DNA from: Lytechinus pictus
Taxonomy: Eukaryota
Assembly: GCF_037042905.1 (NCBI RefSeq)
Contig: NC_087251.1
Location: forward strand, 34,784,001-34,848,000
DNA length: 64,000 nucleotides
Direction of reading: 5' to 3'
A program made the translations under genes and the position numbers. The notes under the pieces were generated by a model. The model made no database searches. It saw only the letters and a list, made by a program, of their open reading frames with translations, and was not told the DNA's origin. Every line of letters begins with the position of its first letter. Within the stretch, counting starts at the first letter, position 1. This document shows positions 1-12,400 of the stretch, in pieces.

Positions 1-1640
1 GCCCTTTGATAATAGAATTAACAGTAATATTATGAGAAACTGTCTCCACCACTTTACTAAATGTAAAGAAATGTGGATTTGTATTAAAGTGTCAAATCAA
101 AATTACGAAATTTTAATAACAGCATGTTAATAACGAATTATAAGATATAGACTGATACCATTGATTGATGTATACAAAGACATTGTAATAAGAGTACTAG
201 TGAAATTAAACTTACCGCGATAATTCAAACGAACGAGACGATCGGTGCTACGTATTCAGCATGATGACTAAAAGCAAGAAACGAATGATCGTACGAGAGA
301 CTCAACGAATGAACGAGTAGACGGACGAAAACGTAAAAACAAAATAAACGGTTTATGTTTTTTCCTCGTCGAAAGTAAAGGCTTAACTAGAAGACGATTT
401 CAACTAAAGCGCCACCTCAACCCGTTTCAGGAATAGTCGTACTATCCCAGTCGCGTTAAAAAGTAAATAACCGTCGGGTATAATTCAGCAATCTTCTTGA
501 CATGATACTATGAATTTACTGAGCAAATTTAGTCAAACCCCTATACTAAGGCCCTAGATGTGTGATTTTTTTCTGCAAACCATGGCATTAATATTCGCCT
601 CACAAACCAGCTCGACAACATTCATAGATTCATTAATATCATGACGTGATGCAAGTATATTGTTTTCCGGGTATACATGACCATGATGACTGAGGTTTCA
701 AGTCACTCAGGTTGGGAAGACGACGAAAGCTGCAAATGTTTTTCTTTTACTGTCCAAATACCACCTTGCTAATGCTGGGTAAATATTTTTTGGGTATTCC
801 TTACCTGAAACATAAACACAATAAATCCATGTTAATTAAAATCTCGATTCTGATAATTATTTCAGAATGTGATGATTATGCACTAGATCTACAAAATAAA
901 ACCAAATTGTCTCTTCATCATTACATTTTACATTAATTTTCTTATAACTTTTTTAATGTATTCATTATGATATTTATATGATGTGCCTACAACCTTTTAA
1001 ACGAGAAAGCTACATCTGCTGCTTAATTCATGTACAATTTTGCATAATCATCAATAAATGCCATTCTTGAATTGAATTGAATTGAACTGAATTGAACAAT
1101 AACCGGCGTTATTATCGCCAGTTCATAATCATCATCATCATCTCCATGCGGTAAATATTTTAGGGTGTTAATTATTTACGAATGTTTCATCTAGATACAA
1201 TAACATAAAGTTAGGCCTATGTTTAAGTCATATATTATACGATTGTTACAATTTGTTCCTTAACCGCGCATATAATGGCCCTTTCCCATTCAAAACCCAA
1301 GATCCTTTGAGCAACAACCATGGTATAGCAAAATATTAATTTTCTGTATAAAATAACAAAAATATGAAACGGCTGGATAGTCTATATTCAGTAATGCCAA
1401 CACGACACATGATGTCCAAAATGGTAACGATGTATAGATCTATTACTTTTACGTGCATGGGACTGTCAATTGTTAGAACTATTAACTGTCCAAAAAGAAT
1501 TACGAAAATTGTACAAAAACAATCTTAGCATATCTATATGTAAGAAGAAGTGTAATATTAAACTATTCTAATCCTTGGTCTTCTTTTGACTTTGAATTTT
1601 GGTTCTTTATCAGTTTCTATATCGATAGGCCTATTCAGGA

Positions 1641-2293
1641 AAGAAAACGTTCTTTCCGCCCCCACACGAGTAGAACGGGAAGGTTGTGACGACGAAGGGC
1701 ATGGGAGGGGGGAGGGGTTATGGGGAGGTGTAGAGGATAGGGGGACACATGCTTTGGGTTGGAAGGGGGTTTGTAATCTTTTGCTTCCGTGTTTTTTATT
1801 TCCTTTTTTTCTTTCTTTTTTGTTTTTGTTTTGCTTCTTGGCTATTTTCAAACTCCTTTATATAACAACATAGGGTCGGGGGGGGGGGGGTGGTAGGTAT
1901 GTAGGGTTCAGGGCCAGATGCTGATGTTGTTAGAGGATATGAAATATTTGAGGAATGAGGCCAAGGTGGGGAGGGGGGGGTGGGTTATGGAAAATCCTTG
2001 TTAATGGCTTCAATTCGACTAGGTTATATTAATGATTGGCTTTGTGTATTTGGAAAATTTGTTATGTTGTGAATATTTTGACACTAGAAAAAAAATTGAG
2101 TACGTTGAGTTTTATTAGGTTTTATTGTAACACTAAAGGAAAAAAGAGAAAATGTAAAGTGTTAACTATATGAGTTTACAATGTATTCATATATTAATTT
2201 GTAAAGATATATTGTATTGACGTATGTATTTTATTTTGTATATCACATGTATGAATTGAAGTTGTTGACAAATAAAAACTTCTTAATACAAAA
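1641..2293 (+). mobile_element. Probable 5'-truncated retroposon 3' end inserted in duplication copy A only
   Basis: Absent at the homologous site ~13598-13601. Ends with AATAAA...ACAAAA and is flanked by AGGA direct repeats (1637-1640, 2294-2297). Confidence 0.6.
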
Positions 2294-2753
2294 AGGATCC
2301 ATCCATTCGCACTCACATTTTTTAGGATTACCATGGGAAAATAATTCACCATGAGGTTTACAACTCGATCTACTATGGGACTGTGCACTGAATCACACTA
2401 TTATCCTTATAAGTAAAGTAGAAATTGTATGGAAATTCAGAAAAGGATATAATTGGCATGCTATCAATATTACACAAAAGTACTTACTCAGCACTTAGTT
2501 CCTCCTGCACTAAGAAGTGAATGGGGGTAGCAAGCTGCCCCAAAATCAAACAAACGAAAAATAAAAAATAATCAAACATACAAAATAAATGTAATATATC
2601 TCACCTTTTAAACGTTCGTTACGGATGTTCCTACGAGGGCAAACGTAATGCCTTTCATTTACGAAATCGATTAACGCCCGAATATCGAATAACATTTATT
2701 TTTCTACGATAATTTCACCTGCCATAATCTTGGCATGTGAAAATATTTTTACC

Positions 2754-2980
2754 CAGGGGCGGCGCCAGGGTATAGGGGGCAAGACAACCAAAAGGTGACG
2801 TCAGTTTGTTGGTTTTGTTTTTCATTTGAATAATAGTGTTCTAATGGAGTTCAAGGAACTAATACGATCTTTTATTTTTTAAATTCGTTTTTGTATTCTT
2901 CTCCTCTTTTGTAATTTTCTTTAAGTACTTTAAACAAAGGGGGAAACGCCCCCACCCCCTCACTGCCGGCACCGCCCCTG
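2754..2980. mobile_element. MITE (paralogous copy at ~14061-14269)
   Basis: Terminal inverted repeats (TIRs) CAGGGGCGGCGCC...GGCACCGCCCCTG. Confidence 0.75.
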
Positions 2981-3349
2981 TAAGGAATTACACCGAATCC
3001 TTGCTAACAATTCAACGAGATTTGTAGGGGAAAAGCCTTACAACCTTTTTCTTTAAAAAAAAGTTGTAAAGCTTTCGGCACATATTCATTAAAAAATATG
3101 AAATGAATTCGGTTACCCGTAGGTGACAACAAAGCAATCTTCTTGATATGACACAATAACATTTATGGAGATGGGCTAAGATCAAGTTTCGGTCAGGCTC
3201 CTATGGGGGACCCTATCATTTTGCCAAATTAACTTACTCTACAAATCCTGGCACTAAAACCAAACCGTAACCTATATCCATAAATGTCAAAGTTTCATTA
3301 AGATCAGTAAGTGATATTGCCGTGTTGTTCTAGGGGTAAAATGACTCAC

Positions 3350-6300
3350 TCATACAAATGTTCAGTCTGACATCTGTCCTCTCTCTTATATCGGCATGTA
3401 TCCATGTCCACAGGAACATGATTTTAGCTCCAAACAAAATTTTCCTCTAAGATCCAGTGTTTTAAATATTTATCCGCAGCTCCACAAATAAGTCTCTGTC
3501 CGCTGATGTTCACAATATTATCAAGTTCAAATGGGTAAATCAAGGGGAGAACAACCGTCCAGAGACCAATCGACAAACCTCCCGTGAGGTTCGGATAAGT
3601 CTCGGCGAAGTTCTATCTTAAAAATGATGTCTAGTCCGTACACGAAAACTACAGGGATCCGTCCAAGAAGAAATTTGTTGACTGATTCTGCATCTGGAGT
3701 TCTTCGGAAAGTATTGTGTCCAAAAAGTAATAGACATTTATCCAGAACTTGGAACTTGAAGTCATCAGGATTTGTTTCTCAAGTTCAACATTGGAGGAGG
3801 CGTGGTGGATGAAGCGAAGTCAATGATAAGTAAATAAGAACACAAACTTCTCCGGGAACTGAGTCTTTATTGTGGAAACGTTCATGGTACTTTCCATTCG
3901 ATCTCCTTGTCCATATTACGAAAAAAGTTCAAGATAGCTTCCGGAATTTAAATTCTGTGAAAACTGTGAAATTAAAAAGAAAAAGAAAAAGTATCATTAA
4001 GACCAATGCAAAATCATAATGAATACCGGTACAAAAAAGGCGTCACAAACCAACGGGGGGGGGGGGGGGGGGCATCAGCCAGTAATCGGGTACATGCCGT
4101 TAAGTTGAACATTTTGGGTTGATTAACAAAATGTGCAATTACCAAAATGCAATATTTATGGCACAATTAGGAAACTGCACACTTAGTTGATTAGTGACTA
4201 CTCGACTTATTACGGATTTATCAATATGGATCCTGGTCGACTAGCAGTTGGCCTTTGGTTGACCAAAAAGAAGGGAAATGGCATGACCTAAGGAGCAAAC
4301 TTCCCAAAAAGTTGAGAGCCAGCAAAATCAATTTTAAAATCAAAATACAATTTTGTGATATATATCAAGATATAATATTCATGAATTGATGTCACCATTT
4401 TCCCTTTTTCTTTCATTTTCTCCCTTGATTTTCCTTGTCTTTCTTAATCGTTGAACTTTTGAGGGGCATCACCTCCTCCCACCCCCATACATACACCTGT
4501 GGAATGTGAAAGTGATAAAACAGACATTTAAGATAACCTTTTTTAAAAGAAGAGAACATAATCATGAAAATCGTTATATTGGATGAAGACAAATATATAA
4601 TATCCGATGTAATTTTACCTCCTAAATTATGTTTCTATAAAATTCAGAATGGAACGAATTCTAGTTCTCCGAGATGCATTGGCATGATTGGAGATGAATA
4701 AGAACTATGCAGGTAAATGATACTTAACACATGTTCTGGCAAGTATATCAGCGAAAACAGATTAAAATCTAAGTACAAGCTTAAGACGAGTCTTTAGAAA
4801 AGTTTGGATGAGAAATCTTTCCCTCACATTAGTAAATACAAAAGTGACTTGATATGTTTGAAAAGAGTACTACCAAACTTCTTACCTTGATCATCTTCGA
4901 AGTTTTGGCGGGTGGCACAAAATTATTCAGCGGGCCACAGTTTCAGATCTCACGAGAATCCTAAGCCTGTATTCACATATTTTGCTAAAAATATTTTGTT
5001 AAATGGGAATTTCTGTCTATGAATCAGCCACTCTGGTTTTGAGAATGAAAGAATGGAATAAATCGTACCATGTTCAATAGCAGGGTACGCTGGAACTCCA
5101 CCAATAAAAGTTGAAGTGGCTACCTATATGTAATTAAGAGTTATTGTTATGTTAATCGGTTAATGGCAATGATAGCAAAGGCGCCGGAAAACCACTACTA
5201 AAAGTTGAACTGACAACATGGAAAAATAAATAAGAGTTATTATTAAGAGTAAGGCAAATTATTTGATTTCATTAGTAGGAAAGATGGAAAACTGCCTATA
5301 ATAGCTGAAGTGGTTATCCTTAGTAAAAAAAGAGAGTCGTCATCAATATTAATGTTTAAAACGTATAAAGCCTGAAAAGAGAATAAAGATCTTAAGATCC
5401 AAGTTACGAAAATTACATGCCAAAATCAATTATTTGATAATATATGATTGAAAGGGAAATTTTGAAGCATACTTTTCCATTCTTTTCAGCAACTCTGCTT
5501 AAAGTGAAAGAAGAGAAACAATAACATACATTAGCATAGCCGATGGAAGACAAAAAAAAAAATATTATACACCACAGAAAATAAAGGTCTTTATTAAGGG
5601 TTATCTTACAAATGCTAACGAAAAATAACGGTCATCACTAATGTAAGAAGGATTAATCGAAAACCACCAACATCAGTTGAAGTGGACTCCCTTCGTAACG
5701 AAGGAAATAAAACAAGTCTGGAAAAAAAAGTGAGACGTATACAAAGAAACGGAAATATACTTGGATAACATAATAAATCAATTATAAATTTCAATCAGCA
5801 CATAATATTGGACTCTTGTTTTTGTATCAGCCGCCCTGCTTCTAAGAATGAGGGAAAGAAACCAAAGCATATCGTGTCAGTAGGACACGGAAGCATGGTT
5901 AGGGGAGTGCTAGTAAGACAGAGAAAAGAACGTTAATAATAATCTGAAAAGGTTACCTTACATTAAAAAATATATTGTTAATGGTAATGATAGCAGGGTC
6001 GCTGGAAAAAAAACTATCAAAACGGAACTGTCTAACCTGGAAAATAAGAGCCATTATGAATATTCATGTTTAAAAAGTATCAAGCCTGAAAAGAGAAGAC
6101 AATAAAGATCAGAAGTTAAAAGTTGTATAGAAGACGGCCGATACCAGCTGAAGTGGTGTTCCCTGACGAAAAAAAAAGAATCATTGTTCATAATATAAAA
6201 ATGCATCCAGAAAAGAAGAGAATCAGAAGTGGGAAAACAGAAATACACTGGTATTAAATAGTTAATCAATAATAATTTCACTAAGTATTATTGGATTTTT

Positions 6301-9300
6301 TTTTTCCTTTTGATCATCCGCTCTGTTTCTGAAAGAAAGAAAAGAAAGCATATCATGTACGCGGGGCAAAATTAAGGGGGTACTCCTAAGGCTTTATTAA
6401 AAAATATTGCCTATGGTTTTGTAAAGGGTCAGTACAAGACCGCCTTTCGCTACATGTGTAAAAAGAATAATCATTATTAATATTATAAATATTAATATTA
6501 TAATTAAAATGCATCGAACCGCTGGAAAAGTGCTTGCAAAAACCGAGTGGCTACTTTCTGTAAATAGAATCATAGATATTGTATAATATTTTAATTAGGA
6601 CAAAATCATATCAAGTTGGGTCCACTGAGAGATGTTTGCCTGTTTGGGTAACGTAATTTAGAGTTGTTAGCATTTGTATCATGATATATTCTCTATTAAA
6701 AAAAATGTACTACTTTCGTAGAAGACTGTCAATAAACGCTGACGCGAAGTGGCTAACCTGAGTAAATAAGAATTACTATTATTATTAGCATTGTCTTTAA
6801 TCTTATCCAGCCTAAAAAGAAAAAAAAATAGCACATAGAGTTACTGATTCTGCTGTTGAAATCATCGTGACAGTCTTCTCTCTAGGTCTTTGTTGCCTTG
6901 AAAACAGTGATTACTTTGTCAAAAGATATCTACTGAATAAAAAGGAAATATCGATAAATCTAAGCTGAAATTAAAGTAAAGAGAAAATTAACATTTCAAA
7001 CATTAACTTCAGATTTTATCAATAATATTTTATGCTTTTTTTATTCCAGCTTGGCCTGGCACAAGGAACAAGATTTTTTTTTTTTTGGGGGGGGGGGGTG
7101 GGACCGCGGGATTTTTAGAAATCATGGGATAAACTAAGTTAATCATATCTATGAAAATGAAGTTCATAAGATAATTGAGTTTCTCATGAAGTTTTGAGTC
7201 TCAGTTTAATTGTAACCTTAACTGTAATATTGATTTTGTCATACTTATTGGATACTCTTTGACTTTAATAGTTGCGTAATATAATGATATGGAAACAGCT
7301 TAATGGCTTTCGATTAAATGTGAAAAGGAAGTGGAATTACATTGAAATTATTTATTTTTTCTTACCTTTATTTTGACGAAGGGTGAAATGATCGATAGAA
7401 ACAGCAGAGCTTATTGACGGAAAAATGTTGAAGGGGATCATGGTAAAAGCTAGACTAGCTGCTCTCTTACGAAAAAGTGTTTATGCACAAAAATATTGGT
7501 CGATAGATGGAAACTGGTTGCTCTCTGTTAGATGGAGTCTAGATGCTCTGTGATGAAAGGATGACGAAGATAGTGGTAGGAAGGAAGGAGACTAGACATT
7601 TTCTGATTAAACAGTGACAAAACTAGTGGTAGATGGAGGGAGATGAGCTGGCGGAAGATGGAAGGAGACTATTTGTTGTCACATGGAATGTGAAAGGGTG
7701 AAGAAGCTTCTGGTAGATGAAAGAGACTACTACGAAATTAGTTGAAGAAGGAAGGATGCTAGTTTCTCCCAGATGAAAAGGTGACGAAGCTTGAGGTAGA
7801 TGGAGACGAGTGGCTCTCTGACGAAAAGGTGATGAAACTAGAGATAGATGGAAGGGGACTAGTTGCTCTCTGATGAAAGGATGATAGAGCTTGTGATAGA
7901 TGGAGGAGACAAATGTTCTCTGATTAAACGGTGACAAAACTAGTGGTAGATGGAGGGAGATGAGCTAGCGGTAGATGGAAGGAGACTATTTGTTCTCTCA
8001 TGGAAGGGTGACGAAGCTAGTGGTAGATGAAAAGAGGCTGTAATGAAAAGGTGACAAAGCTTGTTGTAGGAGATTAGTTGCTCTCTGTGCAAGGGTGACG
8101 AAGCCAGTGGTAGCCAGAAGGATGCTATTTTCTCCCAGATGAAAGGGTGACACAGCTAGTGATAGATGGAGACCAGTTCCTCTCTGATGAAAGGGTGATG
8201 AAACTAGTGATAGATGGAAGGGGACTAGTTGCTCTGATGAAAGGATGATAGAGGTAGTGGTAGATGGAAGTAGAATACTTGCTCACTGACGAAAGGGTGA
8301 CGAAGCTAGTGATAGATGGAAGAGACTCTCTGATGAAAAGGTGACGAAGCTAGTGGTAGATGGAAGGAGACTAGTTGCTCTCTGATGAAAGGGTGACGAA
8401 GGTAGTGGTAGATAGAACGAGACTACTCGCTCTAAATGGTTACGAAACTGGTTGAAGGAAACTAGTTGGTCGCTTGTGTAAGGGTGAAGAAGCTAGTGGT
8501 AGATGGGAAAGAAACTAGTTGCTCTCTGATGAAAGGATGAGGAAGCTAGTGGTAGATGAAAGAGACTACTTGCTATAAATGGTGACGAAACTAGTTGAAG
8601 AAGGAAGGAAACTAGTTGGTCTCTACTGAAAGGGTGACGAAGCCAGTGGTAGATGGAAGAGACTGTCTGATGACAGGGTGATGAAGCTGTGGTAGATGAG
8701 AGACTAGTTGTTCTCAGATAAAAGGGTGTCGAAACTAGTGGTAAATGGAGTGAGACTAGTTGATATCTGGTAAAAGGGTGACAAAGCTAGTGTTAGATGG
8801 AAGGAGATGAGATGGCGGTAGATGGAAGGAGACTATTTGTTCTCTCATGGAAGGGTGACGAAGCTAGTGGTAGATGGAAAGAGGCTGTGATGAAAAGGTG
8901 ACAAAGCATGTGGTAGGAGATTAGTTGCTCTCTGTGCAAGGGAAACGAAGCCAGTGGTAGCCAGAAGGATGCTATTTTCTCCCAGATGAAAGGGTGACAC
9001 AGCTAGTGATAGTTGGAGACCAGTTCCTCTCTGATGAAAGGGTGATGAAACTAGTGATAGATGGAAGGGGACTAGTTGCTCTGATGAAAGGATGATAGAG
9101 GTAGTGGTAGATGGAAGTAGAATACTTGCTCTCTGACGAAAGGGTGACGAAGCTAGTGGTAGATGGAAGAGACTCTCTGATGAAAGGGTGAGGAAGTTAG
9201 TTACAGAAGGAAGGAAACTATTTGCTCTCTGATGAAAGGATGAAGAAGCTAGTGGTAGATAGAAAGAGACTACTTGCTGTAAATGGTTACGAAACTGGTT

Positions 9301-12300
9301 GAAGGAAACTAGTTGGTCGCTTGTGTAAGGGTGAAGAAGCTAGTGGTAGATGGGAAAGAAACTAGTTTCTCTCTGATGAAAGGATGAGGAAGCTAGTGGT
9401 AGATGAAAGAGACTACTTGCTATAAATGGTGACGAAACTAGTTGAAGAAGGAAGGAAACTATTTGGTCTCTACTGAAAGGGTGACAAAGCCAGTGGTAGA
9501 TGGAAGAGACTGTCTGATGACAGGGTGATGAAGCTGGTGGTAGATGAGAGACTAGTTGTTCTCAGATAAAAGGGTGTCGAAACTAGTGGTAAATGGAGTG
9601 AGACTAGTTGATCTCTGGTAAAAGGGTGACAAAGCTAGTGTTAGATGGAAGGAGGCTAGATGTTCTCTGATTAGACGGTGACAAAACTAGTGGTAGATGG
9701 AGGGAGATGAGCTGGCGGTAAATGGAAGGAGACTATTTGTTCTCTCATGGAAGGGTTACGAAGTTAGTGGTAGATGGAAGGAGGCTCTGATGAAAGGGTG
9801 ATAAAGCTTGTGGTAGGAGATTAGTTGCTCTCTGTGGAAGGGTGTCGAAGCCAGTGGTAGATAGAAGGATGCTAGTTCCTCCCAGATGAAAGGGTGACGA
9901 GAGCTAGTGGTACATGGAAGGAGACAAGTTGCTCTCTGATTTAAGGGTGACGAAGCTAGTGATAGATGGGAGGAGACTAGTTGCTCTCGGATGAAAGGGT
10001 GACAAAGGTTGTGGTAGGAGATTAGTTGCTCTCTGTGAAAGGGTGACGAAGCTAGTGGTAGATGGAAGGAGACTAGTTGCTCTCTGATTTAAGGATGACG
10101 AAGCTAGTTGAAGAAGGAAGGAGACTTCTTGCTCTCTGATTTAATGGTGACGAAGCTAGTGGTGGATGGTAGAGACGCTCTGATGACAGGGTGATGAAGC
10201 TGGTGGTAGATGGGAGACTAGTTGTCTCAGATGAAAGGGTGACGAAACTAGTGGTAGATGGAAGGAGACTAGCTGCTCTTTGATGAAAGGGTGACGAAGC
10301 TAGTGGGGGATGGAAGGAGGAGACTAGTTGCTCTCTGATGAAAGGATGACGTAGCTAGTGGTAGACAGAAGGATAATAGTTGCTCACTGGTGAAAGGGTG
10401 ACGAAGCTAGTGGTAGATGGAAGGAGACTAGTTTCTCTGATTTAAGGGTGACGAACCTAGTATAGATGGAAGGAGACTAGTTGCTCACTGATGAAAGGGT
10501 GACGAAGCTAGTGGTAGATGGAAGAGACTCGCTGATGACAGAGTGATGAAGCTGGTGGTAGATGAGAGACTAGTTGTTCTCAGATGAAAGGGTGACGAAA
10601 CAAGTGGTAGATGGGAGGAGACTAGTTGCTCTTTAATGAAAGGGTGATGGTATTAGTGATAGATAGAAGGAGGAGACTAGTTGCTCTCTGATGAAAGGAT
10701 GACGTAGCTAGTGGGAGATGAAAGAGACTACTTGCTATAAATGGTGACGAAACTGGTTGAAGAAGTAAGGAGACTAGTTGCTCTCTGATGAAAGGATGAC
10801 AAAGCTAGTGGTAGACAGAAGGATACTAGTTGCTCACTGGTGAAAGGGTGACAAAGCTAGTGGTAGATGAACGAGACTACTTGCTATACATGGCGACGAA
10901 ACTAGTTGAAGAAGGAAAGAGACTTGGGCTCTCCTGAAAGGGTGACAAAGCCAGTGGTAGATGGAAGGAAGCTAGTTGCTCTCTGATGGAAGGATTAAGA
11001 GGCTATTGGTAAACGGAAGAAGACTAGTTGATGTCTGGTAAAAGGTTGTCAAGGCTAGTGGTACAGTGAAAGAAATAAATTAGTTTCTGATGAAAGGGTG
11101 ACGAAACTATTGTTAGAAGGAAGGAGACTAGTTGCTCTCTGACGAAAGGATGACGAAGCTAGTTGAAGATGGAAGGCGGCTAGTTGCTCACTGATGAAAG
11201 GGTGACGAAGCTAGTGGTAACTGGAAGGAGAATACTTGCTTTCTGATGGGAGGGTGACGAAGCTCAGATTAAAGAGATTACTAAATTAAACTAGTTTTGA
11301 CAAATCGCTGCTGGCAGGAAACCTGTGGAATAAAATACTTATACATATCCTGGCTCTCAAACAATCTAACATTACAACTAAAATCATCAAACTTAGTTAC
11401 ATTTTTTTTACAGTTTGTGTATATATCGTCATTACTCATTACGAGTTATCAACCAAAATAGTCAACCCCACAATCAACCATACCCTACCAGAATACCAAA
11501 TATCTGGTATATTAAATTAGTTTTCATCCCTTTCTAAGGATGTGATAAATTGTTCAGCCGTATTAAACCTCTTTGGTTGTATGAGCTTTGTTGGATATCA
11601 GTGAAAAAAACTGATGTATAATTGTTCCACAGGAAGATTACTCTCGCGGAGCTTGTTAGATTTTCAAGAGGGTATTTGCTAGTCGATATGGTTGCAGAAG
11701 CTTCTCTTCCAAAGCGCGTGAAGATGAAGGCCCCTATTCATATCCAACACCTGGAACATAAACAAGAAAATAGTAATAATGGAAAATAGTTTGTTTCTGA
11801 CGACTGTTTGGCATTTGATTATACATAAACCACGCACCAAATATACAAACCTCATGGTTTGTTGTCACTTGATAATAATCATCCATTTAAAAAAATAATA
11901 TTTCTATTCATTTTCTAGATCTATCGATAGAATAAATATCAAACCTATTTCATTGCTAGTTTGATTTTGATCATTGATTTCATAATTTCTAAGTACCTAA
12001 TTTGTCTAAAGCCCTTTGATAATAGAATTAACGGTAATATTATGAAAAACTATGTCTCCATCACTTTACTAAATGTGAAGAAATGTGGATCTGTATTAAA
12101 GTGTCAAATCAAAATTACGAAATTTTAATAACAGTTATGTTAATAACGAATTTGAAAATATAGACTGATATCATTGATTGATATATACAAAGACATTGTA
12201 ATAAGATTACTAGTGAAATTAAACTTACCGCGATAATTCAAACGAACGAGACGATCGGTGCTACGTATTGAGCATGATGACTAAAAGCAAGAAACGAATG

Positions 12301-12400
12301 ATCGTACGAGAGACTCAATGAATGAACGATTGGACGGAGGAAAACGTGAATACAAAGTCAACGATTTATGTTTTTCCCTAGTCCAAAGTAAAGCCAAAAG
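3350..12400 (-). ncRNA. Putative spliced lncRNA (or decayed gene) unit; candidate exons ~12400-12229, 11322-7366, 5123-5069, 4966-4886, 3963-3350
   Basis: Canonical minus-strand donors (GCG|GTAAGT, AAG|GTAAGA twice, TGA|GTGAGT) and YAG acceptors flank blocks richer in GC than their surroundings. No continuous reading frame was found. Confidence 0.45.
7480..11270. repeat. ~52-bp minisatellite array, ~3.8 kb, purine-rich on +
   Basis: Consensus GATGAAAGGGTGACGAAGCTAGTGGTAGATGGAAGGAGACTAGTTGCTCTCT repeats with many shortened variants. Confidence 0.95.

Larger units (their letters stand above)
1..3810. repeat. Segmental duplication copy A (paralogous to 12011-15160); probably continues left of the window
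   Basis: Starts GCCCTTTGATAATAGAATTAAC exactly as at 12011 and aligns colinearly by eye, with substitutions and indels. Confidence 0.95.

Noticed and set aside
1558..1873. Overlapping 95-97 aa ORFs
   Set aside because: Low-complexity translations of a G/T-rich insertion with no splice or homology support.
3350..3620. Selenoprotein-style TGA readthrough to rescue the exon ORF
   Set aside because: The homologous stop is TAA in copy A, copy B has another in-frame TAA, and copy 3 has frameshifts.
4560..7000. snoRNA host-gene introns
   Set aside because: I could not find properly spaced C (RTGATGA) and D (CTGA) boxes with terminal stems on the minus strand; a snoscan/Infernal run would settle it.
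7480..11270. CRISPR array or intact mucin coding exon
   Set aside because: There are no unique spacers and no cas genes, and the context is eukaryotic. The 52-nt unit and frequent indels break every frame; the longest supplied ORF here is only 104 aa.
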